Shown in pieces: positions 41,106-52,070 of a stretch of 64,000 bases of DNA. This DNA comes from Alphaproteobacteria bacterium (GTDB taxonomy: Bacteria; Pseudomonadota; Alphaproteobacteria; SP197). Every line of letters begins with the position of its first letter. The first letter of the stretch is position 1. A program made the position numbers and the translations under genes. Under the pieces are notes generated by a model. It was not told where the DNA came from. It saw nothing but the letters and a program-made list of their open reading frames with translations, and made no database searches. The stretch lies in NCBI GenBank assembly GCA_964291415.2, contig OZ219918.1, positions 352,001 through 416,000 on the forward strand, given 5' to 3'.

Positions 41106-41800
41106 GGATTGACCCCGCCCGGAAACGCCGGATCGGAACCGGGGATGTGCAGGGTCAGGCACGGCAGCCAGCCGGCGGGAACGGCAATGCGATCGTCGTG
41201 TGTTGTGCCGTCGATGAGGCCGGCAAGAAGATGGGTGTGCGGACCCTCGGGAGTCACCGAGGTTGCAATGGGGCTGGTAACAGTGATCTCGGCCAGCCGC
41301 GAACGGAACAGACGGGGCGGACTTGCCTCGACGATCCCTGCCAGCGCCGGATGATGGGTGCCGACGAGCCGTTCGCCCACTGCCTCGATAAGGATGCTGT
41401 GAAGTGACGGGTCGTCCACGATGACGAGCGCATCCACGGTGGCAGCACCGGCACCGATATCGAAGAGCGCGGCGCGATCCCGGGAGCCGGCATGCCGGAG
41501 CACCCTGTGGCACGCCATCCGTGCCGCTGCCTCTTTCAGGCAGAAAAGGAATCCGCGGATCCGGCCGCCGATGTCGTAGGGGACGCAGAGGATACTGTCG
41601 GTCGGCATGATCTCGATACTGCCGCCCGGACATGTGCCGGTCATGATCCCCGCCGTTTCGTGCCAGGCTACAGGTTCATCGCCGGGAGCGTGAAACTCCG
41701 CGATCACGCCGCTCACACCGACGCTGAACGACACGCCGGGTCTCGATCGCCAGAAGCACAGGAGAGAATTGAATTCCGTCCGTTCGAGAAGGGCCGTCAC
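41102..41800 (-). CDS. Conserved hypothetical protein
   Basis: Coupled by 4-bp overlaps to the GST and ArsC-like genes; motifs GVIAEFH, LFDIGAG, PEGPHTHLL. Confidence 0.75.
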   Translation of the reverse strand: MTALLERTEFNSLLCFWRSRPGVSFSVGVSGVIAEFHAPGDEPVAWHETAGIMTGTCPGGSIEIMPTDSILCVPYDIGGRIRGFLFCLKEAAARMACHRVLRHAGSRDRAALFDIGAGAATVDALVIVDDPSLHSILIEAVGERLVGTHHPALAGIVEASPPRLFRSRLAEITVTSPIATSVTPEGPHTHLLAGLIDGTTHDDRIAVPAGWLPCLTLHIPGSDPAFPGGVNP

Positions 41801-42507
41801 GAACGCTTCCGGTACTGATCGGCGCCGAAGGAAACCGACCAGCTCTCCGGCGTGAAGCCGGTGACGATGTCTGCCGAAGCCGTGATGTCCCGCTTGACGG
41901 CCGGCCGCTCGCCGATGACGCCATACCAGCGCTTCACGTTGGGAAAGTCGTCGAGATCCTGTTCCTGTCGCTCATGAAGCCGGCACCAGGGAAAGATCGC
42001 CATGTCGGCAATCGAATAGGCGTCGCCGGCGACGTGGTCGTTCTCGCCGAGCTGCCGGTCGAGGACGCCGTAGAGCCGGGAAGCCTCGTTGCGGTAGCGG
42101 TTCTGGGCATAGGGCAGGACCTCGGGACCCGAAGGATTCATCGGGGCGTAAGCAAGAAAATGATGTGCTTGTCCGAGCATCGGCCCGAAGCCCCCCATCT
42201 GCCAGAACAGCCACTGCATCACGTCCCATCGCTGCCGCGGTTCCGCCGGCAGGAACTGACCGGTCTTCTCGGCGAGATAGAGCAGGATCGCTCCCGATTC
42301 GAAGAGGGCGAGGGGCTCGCCACCCGGGCCCTCGTGGTCAACGATGGCCGGGACCTTGTTGTTCGGACTGATCTTCAGGAAGTCCGGGTCGAACTGTTCG
42401 CCCTTGCCGATGTCGATGATGATCAGGTTGTAGGCGAGTCCGCACTCCTCGAGCATGATGTGGACCTTCTGCCCGTTCGGAGTGTGGTCGAAATAGAGAT
42501 CGATCAT
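41797..42507 (-). CDS. Glutathione S-transferase, YfcG/YghU-like disulfide oxidoreductase
   Basis: TPNGQK, ISPNNKVPAI, FESGAILLYLA, WQMGGFGPMLGQ. Confidence 0.92.
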   Translation of the reverse strand: MIDLYFDHTPNGQKVHIMLEECGLAYNLIIIDIGKGEQFDPDFLKISPNNKVPAIVDHEGPGGEPLALFESGAILLYLAEKTGQFLPAEPRQRWDVMQWLFWQMGGFGPMLGQAHHFLAYAPMNPSGPEVLPYAQNRYRNEASRLYGVLDRQLGENDHVAGDAYSIADMAIFPWCRLHERQEQDLDDFPNVKRWYGVIGERPAVKRDITASADIVTGFTPESWSVSFGADQYRKRS

Positions 42508-42622
42508 GGACGTGATTCTCCGATCCTGTTTGTGAAGGCTGCCTCCCGCAATCCACCGGTGCAAGTCCTTCACGCTCCGTCCCCGGCTCTGGTAGGATCC
42601 ACGGGAACGAGAAGGACATGCA

Positions 42623-43690
42623 ATGGCTGACGTCTACCTTCGACCGGTTCACCATCCTTCGGCGTGGACTTCCGCCGGCCTCGGATCCCTCGATGCTATC
42701 AGGGTCAACTGGGATCAGCGGCACATCGATGCCCTCGATGAAGCGTGGCGCGAGGTCGACCGTCAGGGACTGACGCTCGACGAGATCGGGCATCATCATT
42801 TCCGGTTGCCGGCCATCGCCGATGACCTGCGCGACATCTACGAGGAGATCATGTGGGGCCGCGGGATCGTTCTCGTTGACCGTCTGCCGGTCGAGAACTG
42901 GCCACTCGCCAAGGCGGAAATCATCTACTGGGGGCTCGGCACCCACTTTGGCACGGGCCAGTCCCAGTCGGTCATCGGCGACCGCCTCGGTCATGTCGTC
43001 AACGTGGGCGGCAAGGATCACAAGGAGCGCGCCTATCGCAATTCCCTCCCGTTGACCCTGCACACCGATGCCTGCGACATCCTGTGCATGCTCTCCATAC
43101 GCAGGAGCATCGACGGCGGGGAGTCCCAGTACGCCAGCGCGCTCGCCGTTCACAACACGATCCTCGATGAGAGTCCGGAATACCTCGGTCCCCTCTATCG
43201 GGGTTTCCGCTACCACCGGTTCGGCGAGGAAGGACCCGGCGAAGCCCCGGTCACCGAGCACCGCGTCCCGGTGCTGTCGGAACGCGAGGGGTGTGTCAGT
43301 TGCCGCTATGTTGCCGGGTACATCTACATGGCTTGCGAAGAACTCGGCGAGGACCTTCCGGCGTTCGATCGCGCCGCACTTTCCTATTTCGATGACGTGG
43401 CCCTGCGCCCCGACCATATGCTCGAGTTCCAGATGGAGCCAGGCCAGTTGCTGATCTGCAACAACCTGACGACACTTCATGCCCGCCGGGGTTTCGACGA
43501 TCCGCCGGGAGAAGACGAGGGGCGCCTGCTTCTGCGCCTGTGGCTGACCGCCCATGAGGGTGATCGACGGCCCGTGGACGATTCCATCGAGATCTATCGC
43601 ACTCACGGCATCCGGGCGCAGGAAGGTCGCCGCGATACCCGCTACCGAGGCGACGCCACGGAGATTCTCGGCGAGGTCCTCAAGTACTGA
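42623..43690 (+). CDS. TauD/TfdA-family Fe(II)/2OG dioxygenase
   Basis: LHTD, NNLTTLHARRGF, RLLLRLWL. Confidence 0.88.
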   Translation: MADVYLRPVHHPSAWTSAGLGSLDAIRVNWDQRHIDALDEAWREVDRQGLTLDEIGHHHFRLPAIADDLRDIYEEIMWGRGIVLVDRLPVENWPLAKAEIIYWGLGTHFGTGQSQSVIGDRLGHVVNVGGKDHKERAYRNSLPLTLHTDACDILCMLSIRRSIDGGESQYASALAVHNTILDESPEYLGPLYRGFRYHRFGEEGPGEAPVTEHRVPVLSEREGCVSCRYVAGYIYMACEELGEDLPAFDRAALSYFDDVALRPDHMLEFQMEPGQLLICNNLTTLHARRGFDDPPGEDEGRLLLRLWLTAHEGDRRPVDDSIEIYRTHGIRAQEGRRDTRYRGDATEILGEVLKY

Positions 43691-43722
43691 CCACGACTCC
43701 GGCACCTGGGGAAAGGGCGCCC

Positions 43723-44769
43723 ATGAGGGCGGTCGGGATCATTGCCAATCCGGTGTCGGCCCGGGACATACGCAGGATTGTCTCCCACGCCGGGAACCTG
43801 GCGATCAATGATCGAGCCAACATCGTTCTGAGGCTGTTGACGGGATTGGCTGCGGCGGACGTGACCGACGTGATCGTCATGCCGGAGAACGGCGGCATTC
43901 GCACCCAGCTCATGCGCACCATCGAGCGGGAACGGCGAATGGGAACGCTCCACCTGCCGGCCGTTACCTATCTCGACATGCCCGTCACCTCGACCTTCGC
44001 GGACAGTGCCGCCGCCGCCCGGCGGATGGACGAGATGGGCGTAGGCGCCATCGTGGTCCTGGGCGGTGACGGCACGCATCGGATCGTCGCCTCATCGTGC
44101 GGCCGGACACCGATCGCCGGGGTCTCCACCGGGACCAACAACGCCTTTCCGGAGTTTCGCGAACCAACCATCACCGGCCTCGCCGTCGGCCTTGCAACCA
44201 GCGGCCGCGTTCCGGACGACATCGCCCTTGCCCTGAACAAGCGTCTGGTGGTGACAGTCAACGGGCGCCGCGAGATTGCGCTTGTGGATGCGGCCGTGGT
44301 AGCTGAACGCTATGTGGGAGCGCGCGCCATCTGGAGACCGGAGAGTTTCCGCGACCTGTTCGTCACCTTCGGCGAGGCGGACGGTATAGGGATGTCGTCC
44401 CTGGTCGGACTCATCGATCCCCTCGACCGGACAACGCCCGAGGGAAGGCGGATCAGGCTGGCGCCCGCCGGCACGGCACCGCGCGCACTCGCCTTCCCGG
44501 TCGCCCCCGGCCTGATGGGCAAGGTCGGCATCCTGTCGGTCGAGACGATGGCGCCTGACGTTGCCTGCAGGCCCTCCGTCACCTCCGGTTCCATCGCCCT
44601 CGACGGCGAACGTGAACTGACCTTCGGTGAAGCCGATGACGTCAGCATCCGCCTCGAGATCGATGCCTTCAGAACCGTGCGAGTCTCCCATTGCATGGCC
44701 TTTGCGGCCAGGCACGGACTGCTGGTCCATCAATCGCGTTCCCCCTGCCACGAAGGAGAACCCCGATGA
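43723..44769 (+). CDS. acoX: Acetoin catabolism protein AcoX (ATP-NAD kinase fold)
   Basis: GIIANPVSARDIRR, LGGDGT, STGTNNAFP, ALDGERE; directly upstream of acoABC. Confidence 0.9.
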   Translation: MRAVGIIANPVSARDIRRIVSHAGNLAINDRANIVLRLLTGLAAADVTDVIVMPENGGIRTQLMRTIERERRMGTLHLPAVTYLDMPVTSTFADSAAAARRMDEMGVGAIVVLGGDGTHRIVASSCGRTPIAGVSTGTNNAFPEFREPTITGLAVGLATSGRVPDDIALALNKRLVVTVNGRREIALVDAAVVAERYVGARAIWRPESFRDLFVTFGEADGIGMSSLVGLIDPLDRTTPEGRRIRLAPAGTAPRALAFPVAPGLMGKVGILSVETMAPDVACRPSVTSGSIALDGERELTFGEADDVSIRLEIDAFRTVRVSHCMAFAARHGLLVHQSRSPCHEGEPR

Positions 44770-45746
44770 ACAATCCGTTCCCCCTGTCCCGGGAAGGCCT
44801 GCTCACCGCCTACCGCCGCATGAGGACAATCCGTGAGTTCGAGGAACGCCTGCACGTGGAGTTCGCCAAGGGCGACATTGCAGGGTTCGTGCACCTCTAT
44901 GCCGGCGAAGAGGCCACGGGGGTCGGCATCATGATGCATCTCGAAGACCATGACCGCATCGCATCGACCCACCGCGGGCACGGACATTGCATCGCCAAGG
45001 GCGTCGACGTCAGGGCCATGATGGCGGAAATCTACGGCAAGGCGACCGGAGCGTGTGCCGGCAAGGGCGGGTCCATGCACATCGCCGATCTTTCAAAGGG
45101 GATGATGGGCGCCAACGGCATTCTTGGCGCCGGAGCACCGCTCATCTGCGGCGCCGGCCTGGCTGCGCAGAAGCTGGGTCATGATGGAGTCGGCATCACG
45201 TTCTTCGGCGACGGCGCCTCCAACCAGGGCACGGTTCTCGAGTCCATGAACCTGGCGGCGATCTGGAATCTTCCGGTGGTCTTCGTGGTCGAAAACAACG
45301 GTTACGCGGAATCGACCTCGGTGGACTACGCGGTGGCCTCGGACTCCTATGTCGACCGGGCTGCCGGCTTCGGCATGCCCGGAATCACCGTTGACGGCAC
45401 CGATTTCTTTGCCGTCTACGAGGCCGCCGGCGAGGTCATCCGGCGGGCCCGGGAGGGCGGTGGACCGTCCCTTCTCGAGTGCAAGATGATCCGCTTCTAC
45501 GGTCACTTCGAAGGAGACGCCCAGACCTACCGGGCACCGGGAGAAAACGAGCAAAACCGCGCACACCGCGATTGCCTGAGGATTTTCACTGACAAGATCC
45601 TCGAGGCCGGCGTCGTCGAAGCGGGAGAACTCGCCCGCATCGATTCCGAAGTGGTGGATATCATTGACGACGCGCTCGAGAGCGCGAAGGCAGCGCCTCT
45701 TCCCTCGGCGGCTGAACTGACCACCGACGTCTACGTAACGTATTGA
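44766..45746 (+). CDS. acoA: Acetoin dehydrogenase E1 alpha subunit
   Basis: GFVHLYAGEEA, STHRGHGH, GGSMH, ThDP motif GDGA...ENN, GHFEGDAQ. Confidence 0.92.
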   Translation: MNNPFPLSREGLLTAYRRMRTIREFEERLHVEFAKGDIAGFVHLYAGEEATGVGIMMHLEDHDRIASTHRGHGHCIAKGVDVRAMMAEIYGKATGACAGKGGSMHIADLSKGMMGANGILGAGAPLICGAGLAAQKLGHDGVGITFFGDGASNQGTVLESMNLAAIWNLPVVFVVENNGYAESTSVDYAVASDSYVDRAAGFGMPGITVDGTDFFAVYEAAGEVIRRAREGGGPSLLECKMIRFYGHFEGDAQTYRAPGENEQNRAHRDCLRIFTDKILEAGVVEAGELARIDSEVVDIIDDALESAKAAPLPSAAELTTDVYVTY

Positions 45747-45777
45747 ACGCTTCCTGCCACCTGAGGAGCATGGAGAC

Positions 45778-46794
45778 ATGGCACGCGCACTGAGCATGAG
45801 GGCCGCAATCAACGAGGCACTCGACCAGGAGATGAGCCGGGACCCGACCGTTGTCGTGCTCGGAGAGGACATTGTCGGCGGCGCCGGATCGCCCGGCGAG
45901 GACGACGCCTGGGGCGGCGCCATGGGCGTCACCAAGGGCCTCATCCACAAGCACCCGGGGCAACTCATCGACACGCCGCTTTCGGAAAGCGCCTATATCG
46001 GCGCCGCCATCGGTGCCGCAACCTGCGGCCTGCGCCCTGTTGCCGAACTGATGTTCATCGATTTCATGGGTGTGTGCCTGGACCAGATCTTCAACCAGGC
46101 CGCCAAGTTCCGCTACATGTTCGGTGGCAAGGCGGAAACTCCGGTCGTCATCCGCGCCACCTGCGGAGCGGGGTTCAGGGCGGCAGCCCAGCACAGCCAG
46201 ATGCTGACCCCGGTTGTTACCCACATTCCGGGACTCAAGGTCGTGTGTCCCTCCAATGCCTATGACACCAAGGGCCTCCTGATCCAGTCGATCCGCGACA
46301 ACGATCCGGTGATCTTCCTTGAGCACAAGAATCTCTATGACAGCGAGACCGATGTGCCGGAAGAATCCTATGCCATCCCCTTTGGAGAGGCGAACATCGC
46401 CAGGGAGGGGACGGACGTCACCATCGTCACCTATGGCATGATGGTGCCTTATTCCCTCGAGGCCTCGGAGACACTGAAAGGCGAGGGCGTCGACGTCGAG
46501 GTGATCGATCTGCGCACACTCTCGCCCATCGATCTCGATACGGTATTCGAGAGTGTCGAGATGACCGGGCGTCTCGTCTGCGTGGATGAGGCCAATCCCC
46601 GTTGCTCCATTGCCTCGGATGTTGCTGCGGCAGTGGCCCAGGAAGTCTTCGGGTCTCTCAAGGGGCCCGTCGCGATGGTGACCGCTCCCCACGCACCCGT
46701 CCCGTTTTCGTCAGCGCTCGAGGATCTCTACATTCCCTCCCCCGAACGCATTGCCGATGGCGTGCGCCGGGCCATGGGAGAACGTCCCTCATGA
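45778..46794 (+). CDS. acoB: Acetoin dehydrogenase E1 beta subunit
   Basis: GEDIVGG, DAWGG, DTPLSES, NQAAKFRYMFGG, AAQHSQ. Confidence 0.92.
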   Translation: MARALSMRAAINEALDQEMSRDPTVVVLGEDIVGGAGSPGEDDAWGGAMGVTKGLIHKHPGQLIDTPLSESAYIGAAIGAATCGLRPVAELMFIDFMGVCLDQIFNQAAKFRYMFGGKAETPVVIRATCGAGFRAAAQHSQMLTPVVTHIPGLKVVCPSNAYDTKGLLIQSIRDNDPVIFLEHKNLYDSETDVPEESYAIPFGEANIAREGTDVTIVTYGMMVPYSLEASETLKGEGVDVEVIDLRTLSPIDLDTVFESVEMTGRLVCVDEANPRCSIASDVAAAVAQEVFGSLKGPVAMVTAPHAPVPFSSALEDLYIPSPERIADGVRRAMGERPS

Positions 46795-47891
46795 GCGATG
46801 AGATTGTCCCGATCCTCATGCCGAAGTGGGGTCTCTCCATGAGGCAGGGGACCCTTTCGACCTGGCTTGTCGAGGAGGGCAGCGAGATCTCGCCTGGCGA
46901 CGAGATCATGGATGTCGAAACCGACAAGATCGCCAATGCCGTGGAGGCCACCGACGGCGGCCTCCTGCGCAGGCGCGTCGGCATGGCCGGCGAGACCTAT
47001 CCGGTTCGCGCCCTGCTCGGCGTGCTGGCGCCGGCGTCGGTCCCCGATTCGGAGATTGACGCCTATGTGGCGTCCTTCAAGGCGCCGGTGACCGAGGAGT
47101 CGGACGACGAAGAATCGGCCCCACTGTTCCTTGATCTTCCCGTCGGCCGCATCCGCTATGCGGAACGGCCCGGTGACGGAGTACCGGTGCTGCTGATTCA
47201 CGGCTTCGGCGGAGATCTCGACAACTGGCTCTTCAACATCGACGCGCTGGCCGAGGCCGGCCCCGTTGTTGCCCTTGATCTGCCGGGCCATGGCCAATCG
47301 GTCAAATCCGTTGCCGCGCCATCGCTAACGACCATGACGGATACGGTGATCGGCCTCATGGACTCCCTCGGCGTGACCCGGGCACACCTCGTCGGCCATT
47401 CCATGGGAGGCCTCGTCGCCGGCCGGATCGGCATCGATCGGCCGGATCGTGTCGCCTCGCTTACCCTCATTGCCGCCGCGGGACTTGGAGAGGAGATCAA
47501 CGGCGCCTACCTCGACGGCTTTGTTTCGGCGGCGTCGCGCCGCGACCTCAAGCCGGCACTGGTGCATCTCTTTGCAGATCAGGCGCTGGTCAACCGTTCC
47601 ATGGTCGAGGACGTGCTGAAGTACAAGCGCCTCGATGGAGTTGGCTCGTTCCTCGAGGCTCTCAGGGGCACGCTCTTTCCGGGAGACAGTCAGGCCACGC
47701 GCATCGCCGACGAACTCGCGGAGATCGGATGTCCGTGTCACGTCATCTGGGGCGCAGAGGATGCCATCATCCCGGCCACCCACGCCGGGGCGCTTGAGGG
47801 TGCAACCGTGATCGACGGCGCCGGGCACATGGTGCAGATGGAAAGGGCAGCGGAGGTCAACCGGCTCATCCTTTCCTGGACGCACGGTTGA
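46791..47891 (+). CDS. acoC: Acetoin dehydrogenase E2 (lipoyl domain plus alpha/beta hydrolase)
   Basis: MPKWGLSM, lipoyl Lys in ETDKIA, HGFGGD, GHSMGG. Confidence 0.92.
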   Translation: MSDEIVPILMPKWGLSMRQGTLSTWLVEEGSEISPGDEIMDVETDKIANAVEATDGGLLRRRVGMAGETYPVRALLGVLAPASVPDSEIDAYVASFKAPVTEESDDEESAPLFLDLPVGRIRYAERPGDGVPVLLIHGFGGDLDNWLFNIDALAEAGPVVALDLPGHGQSVKSVAAPSLTTMTDTVIGLMDSLGVTRAHLVGHSMGGLVAGRIGIDRPDRVASLTLIAAAGLGEEINGAYLDGFVSAASRRDLKPALVHLFADQALVNRSMVEDVLKYKRLDGVGSFLEALRGTLFPGDSQATRIADELAEIGCPCHVIWGAEDAIIPATHAGALEGATVIDGAGHMVQMERAAEVNRLILSWTHG

Positions 47892-47966
47892 GCAAGGGTC
47901 CGGCTCGAGCCTTGCAGACTGGCATCACTGTCTGGCGCTGCCAGTGAGTGCGGAGGAAACGAGGTC

Positions 47967-48602
47967 ATGACGAAGCCGGTCAATGTCACATTGTATCGAT
48001 GGGCAGGTGCGTGGGGTCCGTTCCGTGTGAAGATCCCCTGCGGCGAATGCGCTCTCACCAGGGACGTCATTGCCGATGTCGTGGAGACCGAACTCGGCGG
48101 TGTGCCGGTCGAGGTTGATACCCGCGACTGGTTGACACATTGGTGGAAGCCCTTGCCGAAGGGCGGCTGGCACGCTCCCATCGTTCTGGTGGAAGGGCGA
48201 CTTGTCAGCCAGGGGGCAGCGCTCAATCGGGGCGTGCTCACCCAGGCCATCATCGAGGCGCACGCCAGGCGCACGCCCCTTGCCGGGAACAGGCTGTTCG
48301 GGAAGGCAACCTGCCCGCACTGCGTGCGCGCCAAGGACTATCTCGACCAGGCGGGGATCGCCTACACCTATCATGACGTGGTGCGCGAGCCGGCAGCGCT
48401 CTACGAGATGCTGGCACGGGTCAAGCCGATCGTCGGACCCAAGACACCGATCACGGTGCCGCAGATCTGGATCGAAGGCGACTATGTCGGTGGTGCTGAC
48501 GCCCTGGGCGACATTCTCGGGCGTGAGGTCGAGCCCAATCCGGACCGCGGTCAGTGTTCGATCTCGCCTGGCCGGCTGACAGCGGCCCGGCGGCCCGCTT
48601 GA
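47967..48602 (+). CDS. Two-domain glutaredoxin-like protein
   Basis: N-domain CGEC, C-domain CPHC with TVPQIW and GG; GGAGG RBS. Confidence 0.85.
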   Translation: MTKPVNVTLYRWAGAWGPFRVKIPCGECALTRDVIADVVETELGGVPVEVDTRDWLTHWWKPLPKGGWHAPIVLVEGRLVSQGAALNRGVLTQAIIEAHARRTPLAGNRLFGKATCPHCVRAKDYLDQAGIAYTYHDVVREPAALYEMLARVKPIVGPKTPITVPQIWIEGDYVGGADALGDILGREVEPNPDRGQCSISPGRLTAARRPA

Positions 48603-48648
48603 GATATCCGCCGCCGGGTCGGGCTCCTTCAGACGCCGATCCTGGCCC

Positions 48649-48867
48649 ATGATCCGGTACCTGGGTCGCCTGGACGACAGTCGCTACGCATGGATCGTGG
48701 TGGCGGCCTCCTTCCTGATGCTCGTGCTGGGGAACGGCGCCCTGTTCCTGCTGATCGTCTCCATGAAGGATATCGCCGCCAGCTTCGACTGGCCGCGTTC
48801 GGTTCCCTCGTTTGCCTATTCCCTGCAGTTGGGACTCTCGAGCAAGACATCCTTCTGGCGGCTGTGA
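48649..48867 (+). pseudogene. Truncated MFS transporter (first one to two TM helices only)
   Basis: RYAWIVVAAS...KDIAASFDWPRSVPSFAYSL parallels RYGWVVLAAS...KDIASDFGWPRAGPSLAYSL of 1500..2729, then stops. Confidence 0.8.
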
Positions 48868-48914
48868 CTGCGCCATTTGTTGTTGGTTGGTTTTCGTCGA
48901 TGGGTCGAATGGCG

Positions 48915-50078
48915 TCAGCCGATGACCTCGAGATTCGCCGTGCCGCTGCCGGCCAGCATCACGACGCCGTCCTCCAGCATCAGCCATGTGCCGCCGACAA
49001 CCACACCGCACCCGGATCCGGGTGGCGTGAGGCAGGCGTGCAGCACGAAGGTCATGCCCGGCTGCAGACGCTGGTCACTGTGGCGGCCGATCTCCAGGGT
49101 TTCGAGCCACAGCGGCGGGTAGGCGATGCCGATGCCGTAGCCGAAACGCATCATGGCGGCATCCTCGAGGCCGGCATCGCGGACCGCCACGAGAGACGCT
49201 TCCTCGACTTCCGCCACCGGCACGCCGGGTCCTATCGATGCGAGTCCGTCCTCGAGGGAAAGCCGCGCCACCTCGTAGAGATCACGTTTTCCGGCGGAGG
49301 GTTTGCCCGCCGCCATGGTGGCGATGGCAACGGCGTGGTAGCGCTCGTGCACACCCGCCAGTTCGACGTGAACGAGATCGCCCGGTTCGATAACGCGGTT
49401 CCGCGGCGTCGCATGGCCGCCCTCGCTTCTCGGTCCGCTTGCCAGTTCGATGGGAATGGCCCAGTAGTCGCATCCCCGCCGGCGCATGGCATGTTCGATC
49501 TCGCCCGCCAGTGCAATCTCGCTGATCCCCGGCCTGAGTGACTGGCGCATGGCGGCAAGACCGGCCTCGGCATGGCGGGCGGCCTCGCGCATGAAGCGGA
49601 TCTCCGCAGGCGACTTGATCCAGCGCAGGGCGCCGATGAGGGGCGTGATGTCTGTGAATCGTGATGCCGGAAGTGATGCCGCAAGCATCTGGCCCCATTG
49701 CCAGGAGAGGCAGTGCGACCGCATCTCGATTCCGATCCTGGCGCCGAAATCGGATTTGTCGTGCACCAGATCGGCCATCATGGCTGCCGCATCGTCGTGG
49801 TGCAGGCGGTAGGTGCGGATATCCCTGATCCATGTGGTTTCCACCGCCAGGGGCAGATCGACGTCGCGCACGACGAGGCAGGGTTCATCGTCGCTTTCAC
49901 TGAAGATCAGAGCCTGGGGACTGTTGACGGCGACCCAGGAATCATAGCCGGCGATCCAGTAGAGGTGCTCCGGCGCCACGCAGAGACAGACGTCGATCCC
50001 GTCTGCCCCCATCGCTTGGCGGACGCGTTCAAGCCGGCGACGGTGTTCGGTTTCGGAGAAGGAGGCAAAGGCGGGCAT
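48915..50078 (-). CDS. M24-family hydrolase, ectoine hydrolase (DoeA/EutD)-like
   Basis: YWIAGYD, RWIKSPAEI, ELAGVHERYH, GYGIGIAYPPLW. Confidence 0.83.
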   Translation of the reverse strand: MPAFASFSETEHRRRLERVRQAMGADGIDVCLCVAPEHLYWIAGYDSWVAVNSPQALIFSESDDEPCLVVRDVDLPLAVETTWIRDIRTYRLHHDDAAAMMADLVHDKSDFGARIGIEMRSHCLSWQWGQMLAASLPASRFTDITPLIGALRWIKSPAEIRFMREAARHAEAGLAAMRQSLRPGISEIALAGEIEHAMRRRGCDYWAIPIELASGPRSEGGHATPRNRVIEPGDLVHVELAGVHERYHAVAIATMAAGKPSAGKRDLYEVARLSLEDGLASIGPGVPVAEVEEASLVAVRDAGLEDAAMMRFGYGIGIAYPPLWLETLEIGRHSDQRLQPGMTFVLHACLTPPGSGCGVVVGGTWLMLEDGVVMLAGSGTANLEVIG

Positions 50079-50210
50079 GGTGGCTGTTCGCAGATTACCG
50101 GGCATCCTCATGGTATGCCGTGCCCGGGTTCGGTGGAACGGACTTGCTCCATCAGTGGCATCTGTGATGATCTTGGCACCCGGGTGAAGACCAACCGCGA
50201 GGCTGCCGGC

Positions 50211-51836
<1,626 letters not shown>

Positions 51837-51843
51837 GGGCCGG

Positions 51844-51861
51844 TGGTGCCTCTGGAGAGAC
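51844..51861 (-). repeat. Direct repeat of the tRNA-Leu 3' end (att-like)
   Basis: TGGTGCCTCTGGAGAGAC (51844-51861) versus TGGTGCCTCTGGAGGGAC (51932-51949), 17/18 identical. Confidence 0.75.
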
Positions 51862-51931
51862 GCCACACGCCAGATGCTGGTTGTGTCCAGTGCCGACACA
51901 GCCAGGGGGTGGGTTGATAGAGCCCGGGTGT

Positions 51932-52018
51932 TGGTGCCTCTGGAGGGACTCGAACCCCCACTTCCGGATGGAAAGCAGATTTTGAGTCTGCCGCGTCTAC
52001 CAGTTCCGCCACAGAGGC
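51932..52018 (-). tRNA. tRNA-Leu (CAA)
   Basis: GCCTCTG acceptor stem, GGAACTGGTAGAC D-arm, GCAGA-CTCAAAA-TCTGC anticodon arm, long variable arm, GGTTCGAGTCC, encoded CCA. Confidence 0.96.
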
Positions 52019-52070
52019 CTCAAGGAGCGTCATCAATGTCGGGGTTGGCGCGGCCGGTCAAGAAGAACCG

